From Candidatus Bathyarchaeota archaeon (GTDB lineage: Archaea > Thermoproteota > Bathyarchaeia > Bathyarchaeales > Bathycorpusculaceae), in contig OY970340.1 of assembly GCA_963717465.1 (NCBI GenBank), positions 1,216,001 through 1,280,000 of the forward strand: a DNA stretch of 64,000 nt, in the 5' to 3' direction. Every line of letters starts with the position of its first letter. Positions within the stretch are counted from its first letter, which is position 1. The notes beneath the pieces are model-generated. The model was given only the letters and a program-made list of their open reading frames with translations, did not search any database and was not told the DNA's origin. This document shows, in pieces, positions 9,545-17,641 of this stretch. The translations under genes and the position numbers were made by a program.

Positions 9545-9609
9545 TGGTGCGCGGGGTGGGACTTGAACCCATGTCAGGGAGATGTCGCCCGCATCGTCTT
9601 CCCTTTTTT
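9545..9609. repeat. ~60-bp dispersed repeat, copy 2; includes an intact tRNA 3' fragment on the minus strand
   Basis: Minus strand reads TGGGTTCAAGTCCCACCCCGCGCACCA; plus strand continues GGGAGATGTCGCCCGCA..CCCTTTTTT. Confidence 0.65.
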
Positions 9610-9678
9610 ATAGCGCATTTAAGGTGTCGGGCGATAAGAAATGATATTGGGCAGGGGGCGCATCTATACCTTTCGGCG

Positions 9679-11073
9679 TCAGGGATTGCCTATGTCTGAT
9701 GCTGTCGCGGCCGCCTTGATCAGCTCGCCGTCCTCGGCCAGCAAAAAGCCTGATTGTACAGCTGCATCAGTAGCCTTTCCTACAGCCTTTACATAAGTAT
9801 GGTGGTCGGGGTACAATTTTGAGAGTGTTACTTTATCAAACAGCTTAGTAGTTCCGTAAAGACCCAGGCCGGAAAGCCTGGCGACAGGTACATCGACAAA
9901 GGGGGTGCGGATGCCACCTTTCACATTGCCAAGCTCATCGAGCACAAGTTCTGGGGGATTACCAGCGATCTCGAGTCGGGCAGCGGCAGTCGGGGCAACA
10001 CCGGTGCACACCCATTTGTCGAGTTGGTGAATCGCCGCTCTTGTAATGAAATGCTGTGGTCCCGCATTTATCGGCAGATCGCAATCCGCAAAACCAGAAT
10101 TAGGTCTTGCTACCTCAACTACATTGGCAAACGATGGATCATTACCGGTGTCATCTTTACCTGTGAGCAGATAGAGATCAGCGTGTGCGGTACCCGCCAT
10201 TTCCCACAGCCGGATTTTATCCGTATCGTCCTGCCTTGCCTTATAATAACCAAGCAACATGAGATCCGTTTCCGACTCTAATATCAGAACGGGAACATTG
10301 ATGTCAGTGCGGATGAAAACCTGATCCATATCTGAAAAATCAATATTCTCTTTAGAATTGACCTCAGTTGAATTGTTTTCGAATAATGCGAAACCCGATC
10401 GGCCGTGTAAAAGAAATCCATCAAAGACTTGATCACGGAGCTGGATAGCATTGACATAGGAAGTGAGATGCATAGCGGATTGTGATTCGCCTACCGCCAA
10501 TATACGATCGGCATGGCATCCAGCGAGTAGATTGACGCTGCCCGGGCTACGAATGGCTCTGGCAGCTTGTGAATAAATATCATAGCAATATTCATCCCCG
10601 GGATGGGTTAGTGACCCATAACGTTGCGGATCAGCGGTTTTCAGATCCAATTTGACATTGCCTAATGAAATGGATGAGTGGCCTTCAACTCCTCCACATT
10701 GTGCCGACACGCCAATCCAGATATAACCCCGGCGGAGTAATTCGTTGTGCATAAATATCCAATCGGGTGCGTAATCGAGTCCGCCTGAAACGTTGAGCCA
10801 CTCCATTACAACGGTGCCGTTGAATTTGGCAACATCCAAGGGCTGGCAGACTATAATCCTGGTCTTATAGGCAGCAGATCCCATCGGTTCTACTTCCCAG
10901 ATGCCGTTCGCTGGTAATTCATTGACATTACGATATGATATAGCAGTTCCAGAGATGAAATATTCTTTTGTTTCGTATCCAGCGGCTGTTAGGACTTGAT
11001 TCGATGGTGTGCTCATCAAAAAAGGTACGCTGGGACCGGCGATGGGTCCCTCGATAATGGGAATACTGATCAC
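9679..11073 (-). CDS. Alpha/beta hydrolase domain protein
   Basis: FNGTVVMEWLNVSGG, GESQSA nucleophile elbow, WEMAGTAHAD, GGIRTP; more GC-rich than its flanks. Confidence 0.8.
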   Translation of the reverse strand: MISIPIIEGPIAGPSVPFLMSTPSNQVLTAAGYETKEYFISGTAISYRNVNELPANGIWEVEPMGSAAYKTRIIVCQPLDVAKFNGTVVMEWLNVSGGLDYAPDWIFMHNELLRRGYIWIGVSAQCGGVEGHSSISLGNVKLDLKTADPQRYGSLTHPGDEYCYDIYSQAARAIRSPGSVNLLAGCHADRILAVGESQSAMHLTSYVNAIQLRDQVFDGFLLHGRSGFALFENNSTEVNSKENIDFSDMDQVFIRTDINVPVLILESETDLMLLGYYKARQDDTDKIRLWEMAGTAHADLYLLTGKDDTGNDPSFANVVEVARPNSGFADCDLPINAGPQHFITRAAIHQLDKWVCTGVAPTAAARLEIAGNPPELVLDELGNVKGGIRTPFVDVPVARLSGLGLYGTTKLFDKVTLSKLYPDHHTYVKAVGKATDAAVQSGFLLAEDGELIKAAATASDIGNP

Positions 11074-11337
11074 GATGACACCCTCGCTCGTGCGGTTAAC
11101 TGCGGAATAATCTTGCTACCAATCAAATACAAACCCTCTTCAATTGGCATATTCATTTCTCCCCTTTCCTTCAAATTTGATAATAAAAGGTAAGCTCTAA
11201 GCGTATATTAGGTTAACTTTGGACGTAGTTCTTAACTTCAACTCAGTACTTTTGTGGCTAGTTGACTTTTGTTATTTAACAAGCAAATATACCTGCAGGT
11301 GCGTTGGATTCCACGCAACAGTAAATTGAACAGACAT

Positions 11338-11388
11338 GACTTAAACCCCCAGTTAAGTGGAGATTTCACCTGCAAAGCCCCCTTTTTT
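11338..11388. repeat. ~60-bp dispersed repeat, copy 3
   Basis: GACTTAAACCC..GTGGAGATTTCACCTGCA..CCCCCTTTTTT. Confidence 0.55.
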
Positions 11389-11837
11389 CTTAAAAGCAAC
11401 CATTCTGACAGCTAGGACGAGCCCTTCGATACCAATTACTTCTACTTCTTTATCTTTTTCTATCCAGCTCTCCTTTGCCACGGCTTGCCAGAATTCACTC
11501 TTGACACGAATTTCCCCCTTCTGTTTTAAATCAGTAATAGCAATTCCTATTGCGCCAACTAGTATTCTGGACCTGCCTTGACATTGGCAAGCATATCCAT
11601 CCTAACTCCTCTGTAAAGACGAAACGCTCGGAAAGTTAATATCACAATACCGAATATGACAACCAAAACCTGAATTAGTAAACTAACCCTGAAAAAACTA
11701 AGACCTAAAACAATGAAAAACAAAATTAAACCCGGAATCAACGTCCAAAGAATAATCAGAAAAACCCACTCCAAAGGCTTGCTTAGATTCCTCCTTTCTT
11801 CGCATGCTAAAACAAAACCGCCATTCTTAAACCTCAT
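11353..11837 (-). CDS. NfeD-like membrane protein; 1-nt frameshift at ~11562
   Basis: Hydrophobic ORF 11559-11837 continues in another frame as LVGAIGIAITDLKQKGEIRVKSEFWQAVA, homologous to 62016-62414. Confidence 0.7.
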
Positions 11838-12065
11838 TTTTCACGCTACCCGTGTAAACTTGATTTTGATCCACATTGTCCAAAAGATAATCTAGATGAA
11901 GAGTTACTTAAATAGAAAGAAGGTGTAGTTGGAATCAAGTATTACGTGCGCTTTTAATCCCAAACATATAAACCGTCTTTTGCTTATTTTTTGGGGGAGT
12001 TTTATGCTTGCGAAGTAATAAACGAATTTTCAGGGAAAACAAGCGGCAAATACGCTTAAACTAAG

Positions 12066-12197
12066 CTCGATTTGCAACGCCTTAATTACCAAAAAAAGCC
12101 TAAAAACTGACTATTTCGGGAAAGTTAATTAGTGCTCCGGCCTAGGTCTATACTCGGGTTTTAACTCGGAAAACACGATTTACATCTTTTTGTTAAT
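12066..12197 (-). repeat. att-like repeat containing a degenerate tRNA-Glu 3' half, copy B
   Basis: 12111-12142 CTATTTCGGGAAAGTTAATTAGTGCTCCGGCC is identical (32/32) to 19912-19943 at the tRNA-Glu 3' end. Confidence 0.85.
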
Positions 12198-12337
12198 TTG
12201 AATACTTTAAAGAAGAGGTTATCTCAAAAGAAGTGTTTAACATAATTTTACGTTTCATAAATCCAGTTTGATTAATTATCGCAACTTAAGCGGTTCCAAT
12301 CCCTAAAATATTTAAATCCAAGAGAATAATTGTATTC

Positions 12338-12799
12338 ATGGCTCAAGGCAGGAAAGAAGAACTAAAAAGCGCCGTTTTAGGAAAGAACGTCACAAAATTT
12401 GTTTTTAATCGTCCCAGCGCCAAAATTCTTGAGATATTTCAAAACAGGTACTCAAAACGTGATTATTTCATTAATATTGATATACCCGAGTTTACCAACA
12501 TTTGTCCGTTAACTGGACAACCAGACTTTGCGGTAATTCGCATACGCTACGTTCCCGACGAAAAATGCTTAGAGTCAAAATCGCTGAAAATCTACATTTT
12601 CTCTTATCGCAATTTTCCTGAATTTCATGAAGATTGCATTAACAGAATTTTAGATGATTGTGTAAAGGTATGTGCGCCTAGATGGATGCAAGTATCGGGC
12701 AAGTTTAATGCCAGAGGAGGCATTTCATTCACGCCTGTGGCTGAGTTCACTAAAAAGGGTTTCAAATTGGCTCAGCAGAGCGCAAAATTAGATTTATGA
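12338..12799 (+). CDS. queF: NADPH-dependent preQ0 reductase QueF (type I)
   Basis: PEFTNICPLTGQPDFA, ESKSLKIY QueF motif, FHEDC, FNARGGI. Confidence 0.9.
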   Translation: MAQGRKEELKSAVLGKNVTKFVFNRPSAKILEIFQNRYSKRDYFINIDIPEFTNICPLTGQPDFAVIRIRYVPDEKCLESKSLKIYIFSYRNFPEFHEDCINRILDDCVKVCAPRWMQVSGKFNARGGISFTPVAEFTKKGFKLAQQSAKLDL

Positions 12800-12825
12800 T
12801 GCTCGCAAGAGTTGAGGATGCAAAG

Positions 12826-13254
12826 ATGAAAAAATCTGAATTCGACAAATATCTCCAAGAAAGGTACAATGACCAAGTAAAATGGTATGACACCAAAGCA
12901 ATCCTTTACAAAAGATTGAATTACATATTCCAAATCCCAACAATCTTTGTTGCAGCAATTATTCCAATATTCGCTTTGCTTGAACAAAAATGGGTAACAG
13001 TAATCCTTTCAGCTACAATGGCTATATTTATCGGAATCCTGAACTATTCCAAATTCGAGGAAAAATGGCATAATTATAGGTTTACATGTGAAAGACTAAA
13101 GAAAGAACTCTTCTTTTACACAGGTAAAATTGACGACTATAAAAATGCAGAAGAACCAGAGAGCTTGTTTGTTCAGCGAGTTGAATCAATTACTTCCGAC
13201 GAACATTCACAGTGGGTCACAATTGAAAAAACCAAGAAGAAACAAAATCAATAA
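12826..13254 (+). CDS. SLATT/DUF4231 two-TM protein, putative effector
   Basis: YLQERYNDQVKWYDTKA, two TM helices, WHNYRFTCERLKKE. Confidence 0.8.
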   Translation: MKKSEFDKYLQERYNDQVKWYDTKAILYKRLNYIFQIPTIFVAAIIPIFALLEQKWVTVILSATMAIFIGILNYSKFEEKWHNYRFTCERLKKELFFYTGKIDDYKNAEEPESLFVQRVESITSDEHSQWVTIEKTKKKQNQ

Positions 13255-13264
13255 GGCGATTTAA

Positions 13265-14254
13265 TTGCTTGTTGAAAAAAAATCACTTAGATCTTTTAAA
13301 ATTGAAGATTCTGGAAAATCATTTGAAACCCCTTTGTTTGTCCCTGCGACATCTAGTACAAAAGCAAATTGGACAGTTTTGCAATATATTGACTTAATAG
13401 AAAACGTCGGGTATCCGTCGTTTCTTGTCTCAGCTTATGATTATTGCAAGCTTGAAAAAAAGCAAAAAGAGGATTTTGAGAAGCTTTTGGGAAAATACAG
13501 AAAGAAAGGCACTTTTTTCTTTTTAGATAATGGTAACTATGAAGCTTATTGGTACAAAGACAAAAAATGGAATCTGGACGGATTAAGAGATGCTTTGGAG
13601 ACTGTTTGCCCAGACTTTTGCTTTTCCTTTGATGTTTTCTGGGAAAAAGACACAAAAACAGAATCATACATCAAAGATACTGTATCGGCTATTGCAAAAA
13701 CAGCAGGTTCGCAAAAAACAGGGTCAACTATTGCATTGTTTCATTCCAGGCCTGATTTATTTCCGAAAGTAGTTAGAAAAGTCGTTGATAGCATTAATCC
13801 CGAAATAATTGCTGTCCCTGAAAGGGAATTAGGATGTAGCGTTTTTGAACGTGCCCTATCAATTAAAAACATTCGAAGTGAACTTGATAAAGACGGAAAG
13901 TTGATACCAATGCATATTCTCGGCACAGGTAACCCACTTTCAATTCTTATTTACACATTGTGTGGAGCTGATACCTTCGATGCCCTTGATTGGTCAAGTG
14001 TATTTATGGACCCAAAAACTTGTCAGCAGGGTCATTTTTCACAGAAGGATTTGTCAACCTGTAGTTGCGAGGCATGTCAATTGAAACAGGTTCCATACGA
14101 TTACCAGGTCATGGCCCACAATCTAATCTTCTATCAAAGATTCTTGGAAAAAATCAAAAAATCTCTTGAATCATGTAAAGTTGATACGCTGCTCAAAGAG
14201 TATCTATCTGACAAAAACGTATTGGAAGTAAAGAAAATAGCGGTATTGAAATGA
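13265..14254 (+). CDS. Divergent tRNA-guanine transglycosylase (TGT)-family protein, Cap10-like
   Basis: ETPLFVP, FLDNGNYE, HILGTG, GADTFD, Zn site CSCEAC..HN. Confidence 0.8.
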   Translation: MLVEKKSLRSFKIEDSGKSFETPLFVPATSSTKANWTVLQYIDLIENVGYPSFLVSAYDYCKLEKKQKEDFEKLLGKYRKKGTFFFLDNGNYEAYWYKDKKWNLDGLRDALETVCPDFCFSFDVFWEKDTKTESYIKDTVSAIAKTAGSQKTGSTIALFHSRPDLFPKVVRKVVDSINPEIIAVPERELGCSVFERALSIKNIRSELDKDGKLIPMHILGTGNPLSILIYTLCGADTFDALDWSSVFMDPKTCQQGHFSQKDLSTCSCEACQLKQVPYDYQVMAHNLIFYQRFLEKIKKSLESCKVDTLLKEYLSDKNVLEVKKIAVLK

Positions 14255-14991
14255 CTGAACTTTGCTTGATTACTGAAAGAATTGAGAATACTATTATGAA
14301 GGTGTGCGACTTCGTCGATTCACAACAAACAACTGGCTCTTGTTGGAAAAACCTCTGCGAGGAAGAGCTTTGGCCAGAATTGGTGTCCTGTATATTGGGC
14401 AGTAGAGTTAGATATGAGACTGCGAAAGCATGTTCTATCCAGTTATTAAAAACTGGTTTGCTTGATATTTCTACTATTTTGAAAAATCCTAAGCGTGTTG
14501 AAAAAGCAATAACCAAGGAATTAGGCAGACCCATGTATCCGCCAATGAAAGGCCGCCTAGGTTCAAGATAGCGTTACCCGAAATCCAAGTCTAAATTTAT
14601 CGTAGACACCGCGGTTAAAATATACTATGAAGACAAAACTACGATAAAGGATATTCTAAATAGCTCTCATGATGGGATTGAAGCAAGAGCGACGCTGATT
14701 GAAAAATGCAAAGGTATAGGACCAAAACAAGCAAGTCTTTTTCTTAGAAACATAAGTTTTAGCAATGATTTGGCTATTCTTGATTGTCATGTTGACCGAT
14801 ACATGAGATTGCTTCGATTGAGCGATAGTTTGGACTTGATAGACAAGCAGAAAATGCATCCCTATTTTAAGATGGAAAATAAGTTGAGAATATACGCGAT
14901 ATCTAAAAAGAGATCGCTTGCAACTTTGGATATAGGCATTTGGACTGTTATGCGCCTAGTAAAAAAGGAGGATATAGTATGGCAGTTGTAA
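14251..14991 (+). CDS. HhH N-glycosylase/DNA lyase (Ogg-like, Cap11-like) with an in-frame TAG at 14569-14571
   Basis: Frame stays open after the TAG: RYPKSK...KGIGPKQASLFLRN...LAILDCHV (helix-hairpin-helix with catalytic Lys and Asp). Confidence 0.8.
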
Positions 14992-15608
14992 GTTTAGTTT
15001 CTGGTGGAATTGATTCTCTAACTATGTCAAAAATTATTGTTGAACAAGGAGAAGAAATATTACCGATTTTTATTGACTATGGTCAATTAGCTAAAGACAA
15101 GGAATGGGCTGCCTGTCAACTGGTTTTCAAGGAATCTGGCTTGTCTGCCCCAATCAGAATCGACTTAAGCGGTTATGGCAAATTAATGCCGACAGGAATT
15201 ACTGACCCAAAAAAGGAAATACGTGATCAAGCTTTTCTTCCCGGAAGAAATCTCTTATTTCTTGTTGTCGGAAGTTCTTATGCTCATTTCAAAGGAGCTA
15301 GGGGAGTAGCAATCGGTTTGCTTACAGAAAAGTCACATATATTTCCTGATCAGACTGGCAGATTTGTTGTCAATACAAATATAGCTGTAAACGAAGCTCT
15401 GGACGATGATATTACTATATTGACGCCGCTGATTAATTTCTCCAAAAGCCAAGTAATCGAACTTGCTAAACACTACAAACTTCCAATAGAAAAAACATAT
15501 TCTTGTCACTCGGGTAACGACACTTATTGTGGGAAGTGTATTTCTTGCCTGGAGCTTCTCGGTTCAATTGGAAAAGACTTGCCACAATTTAAAGCTAAAG
15601 GTGTTTAA
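14979..15608 (+). CDS. queC: QueC-family protein (7-cyano-7-deazaguanine synthase-like, Cap9-like)
   Basis: GGAGGA SD; SGGIDS PP-loop, IDYGQ, PGRNLLFL, FPD, TYSC..CGKCISC. Confidence 0.9.
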   Translation: MAVVSLVSGGIDSLTMSKIIVEQGEEILPIFIDYGQLAKDKEWAACQLVFKESGLSAPIRIDLSGYGKLMPTGITDPKKEIRDQAFLPGRNLLFLVVGSSYAHFKGARGVAIGLLTEKSHIFPDQTGRFVVNTNIAVNEALDDDITILTPLINFSKSQVIELAKHYKLPIEKTYSCHSGNDTYCGKCISCLELLGSIGKDLPQFKAKGV

Positions 15609-15609
15609 T

Positions 15610-16131
15610 GTGGGTGGTTCACCGGTATACAGCGATACGGGTCATGGTGGAGCAACTGATACTGACAAGTTGCAGGATATCGCTCGAAAAGAGCTTGAAA
15701 AACCAGCTCCAGAATCTAGAAAGAAAGTTTTCCTCAGCTTCAAAGGAGAAGATAAGACCTATGTTGACTTATTCCGTGGTCAGGCAAAAAATGAAAATTC
15801 AGACCTTGATTTCATTGACTTTTCGCTCAGAGCACCTTTTAACAGCGAAAACGCCGAGTATATCAAAAGTGGGATCAGACAAAGAATTGAGCAATCTTCT
15901 GTTACAATTGTGTGCTTAACTGAAGACACTCACAAGAGCGAATGGGTGGATTGGGAAATCAAAGAAAGCATAAGGCTTGGTAATGGTGTAATAGGTGTAA
16001 AAATGAAAGATGATTCCTCAATAAAGACACCAAAAGCAATGGAAGAAAATGGTTGCAAGGTGGTCAACTGGAATCACGAAGAGATTAATCAAGCGATGAG
16101 TGAGGCGGATAAAAAGCGCAAAGAACAATAA
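15610..16131 (+). CDS. TIR-domain protein (ThsB/MTH538 DUF1863-like) with an N-terminal MGGS extension
   Basis: GTG at 15610, 1 nt after the queC stop, with AGGTG SD; KVFLSF, YIKSGIRQRIEQSSVTIV, SEWVDWEI (catalytic Glu). Confidence 0.85.
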   Translation: MGGSPVYSDTGHGGATDTDKLQDIARKELEKPAPESRKKVFLSFKGEDKTYVDLFRGQAKNENSDLDFIDFSLRAPFNSENAEYIKSGIRQRIEQSSVTIVCLTEDTHKSEWVDWEIKESIRLGNGVIGVKMKDDSSIKTPKAMEENGCKVVNWNHEEINQAMSEADKKRKEQ

Positions 16132-16272
16132 TCTTTGGCAACTAAACATCTAAGGGCTATGTATCTTCTTCTTTGCCCTCGTTTTCTATTCTCTTGTGCT
16201 TCTAAGCCTGGAAACTAAACTGTGCAGACATTGACTATGTGAACTCAACCATCAGCATTACACCAGAAAAAC

Positions 16273-16326
16273 TGGGAATTACACCCCAAGCAAATGGAGA
16301 CGTCTCCCGCAAAACTCCCTTTTTTT
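16273..16326. repeat. ~60-bp dispersed repeat, copy 4
   Basis: GGGAATTACACCCC..TGGAGACGTCTCCCGCA..CTCCCTTTTTTT. Confidence 0.55.
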
Positions 16327-16331
16327 GGATC

Positions 16332-16387
16332 GGTGGGGAATTTGAACGTAGCCGATAGTGGAGATATCACCCGCATATCTCCTTTTT
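16332..16387. repeat. ~60-bp dispersed repeat, copy 5 (tandem with copy 4)
   Basis: GGGGAATTTGAAC..GTGGAGATATCACCCGCA..CTCCTTTTT. Confidence 0.6.
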
Positions 16388-16491
16388 ATTTCGGCCTTAA
16401 TTCGAGCTATTCTATTTTGCTTTTTAGATTAAAAAGGTTCAAAAATTTTTAACTACTGTTATAGAGATCAACGGGTCGTTTTGGCTTTCCC

Positions 16492-17622
16492 TCATAAAGT
16501 CCTTTTTTTGATTTCAAGCCAGACGAGTGGAATTCCTGATAAAAATGAGCCAACAATAAGAAAAACAAAAGTCAAAATAGTGACGTAGTTATTGCTGAGT
16601 TTGAAATATGTCACAATGTCATTGGGGAAGGTGGCTGCTATTCCTATGAGAAGGATTCCAGCGATCATAGATACTATAAGGGAGTAAACTTCAAGTCTCT
16701 TTGACATTAATTTATATGGAAGCTTGATCGAAGGCGTCTCAAAATTCTCATCGGATTCTGTAACAACTATTTCTGAGCTTTCGCTTGTAAGAGTTTCTTT
16801 GGTTTGAAAATCAAAATACTTGGTATATTTGTCCTGAGCCATTGGCAAATCAATCTCTGATGAGCCTACATGGGATATTAATTTATCATCAACGCTAATG
16901 GTAATTTTTTTGTTTGGCTTGTTGTTATGCTTCTGATGATCTGGATTAAAAGCACTCAAAGATACAGCATACGGTCTTCCTTGACTGATTTTAAAAGAAT
17001 GTTCTTCAATGGATAATTGGGACTTGAGCTCCGTTCTGAGAAGAATGTTGGTTCTGAAAAATATCGAATTACTAAATTGTTCTTGCCCTTTCAATCGGGC
17101 AATAGGGTCAGCTCTTGCCAACATTTTGGCTGTCTCTTCCCAAATCTCTTGTTGAGAGTTTGTGCTGTTTTGATTTCCAACTAAAGGGTCGGCGCCTTTT
17201 AACACAAGTTTTTGAAGATATTCATCACTATTTGGAGTGGCTTTTGATAACATTTTTTTTTGACTCAAAATAGTTCGGATATCATCGTTGAATTTCTTAG
17301 TGTCAACCGGATTTACGAAATCTTCCATGCTTAGAATAATCTGATAAGTTACCCCTATCGTAGGTGGTATGATTTCTGAAACTTTGCAACGTCTGATTGG
17401 ATAAAATTCTGCGTTCTGTTTTGAATAATCAAGGAAGATTACGAGACCAGATATATTTTTAGCTTTGTTCAAATTCAATTTAATGTCATCGGATAGCCAT
17501 TTTTCGTCATACTCGACAAATTGAATCAGGCCGTTTGGTAAACTGAGAATCGAAAGAATCTTCTGCCTGAAGTCGGGATAATAGGTTGATTTAAAGAAGA
17601 AAATGATTTCAGGTGTGCTCAT
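16492..17622 (-). CDS. Hypothetical protein with two C-terminal TM helices
   Basis: 376-aa ORF with two hydrophobic segments at the C-terminus; 19 nt downstream of the radical SAM gene. Confidence 0.75.
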   Translation of the reverse strand: MSTPEIIFFFKSTYYPDFRQKILSILSLPNGLIQFVEYDEKWLSDDIKLNLNKAKNISGLVIFLDYSKQNAEFYPIRRCKVSEIIPPTIGVTYQIILSMEDFVNPVDTKKFNDDIRTILSQKKMLSKATPNSDEYLQKLVLKGADPLVGNQNSTNSQQEIWEETAKMLARADPIARLKGQEQFSNSIFFRTNILLRTELKSQLSIEEHSFKISQGRPYAVSLSAFNPDHQKHNNKPNKKITISVDDKLISHVGSSEIDLPMAQDKYTKYFDFQTKETLTSESSEIVVTESDENFETPSIKLPYKLMSKRLEVYSLIVSMIAGILLIGIAATFPNDIVTYFKLSNNYVTILTFVFLIVGSFLSGIPLVWLEIKKRTL

Positions 17623-17641
17623 TTATCCATTCATCTCTCTT

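Noticed and set aside
9545..9620. Complete tRNA gene
   Set aside because: Only the T-arm and 3' acceptor strand are present; there is no D or anticodon arm.
12338..15608. Housekeeping queuosine/archaeosine tRNA-modification operon or Dpd DNA-modification cluster
   Set aside because: The TGT is short and divergent, there is no folE/queD/queE or dpdB/dpdC in the operon, and the genes are interleaved with SLATT, glycosylase and TIR genes in an island. Not fully excluded without phylogeny.
15529..15919. TIR start at 15529 and alternative ORF 15608-15919
   Set aside because: 15529 overlaps queC by 80 nt without an SD; the 15608 ORF is out of frame with the TIR motifs and has no recognisable domain.
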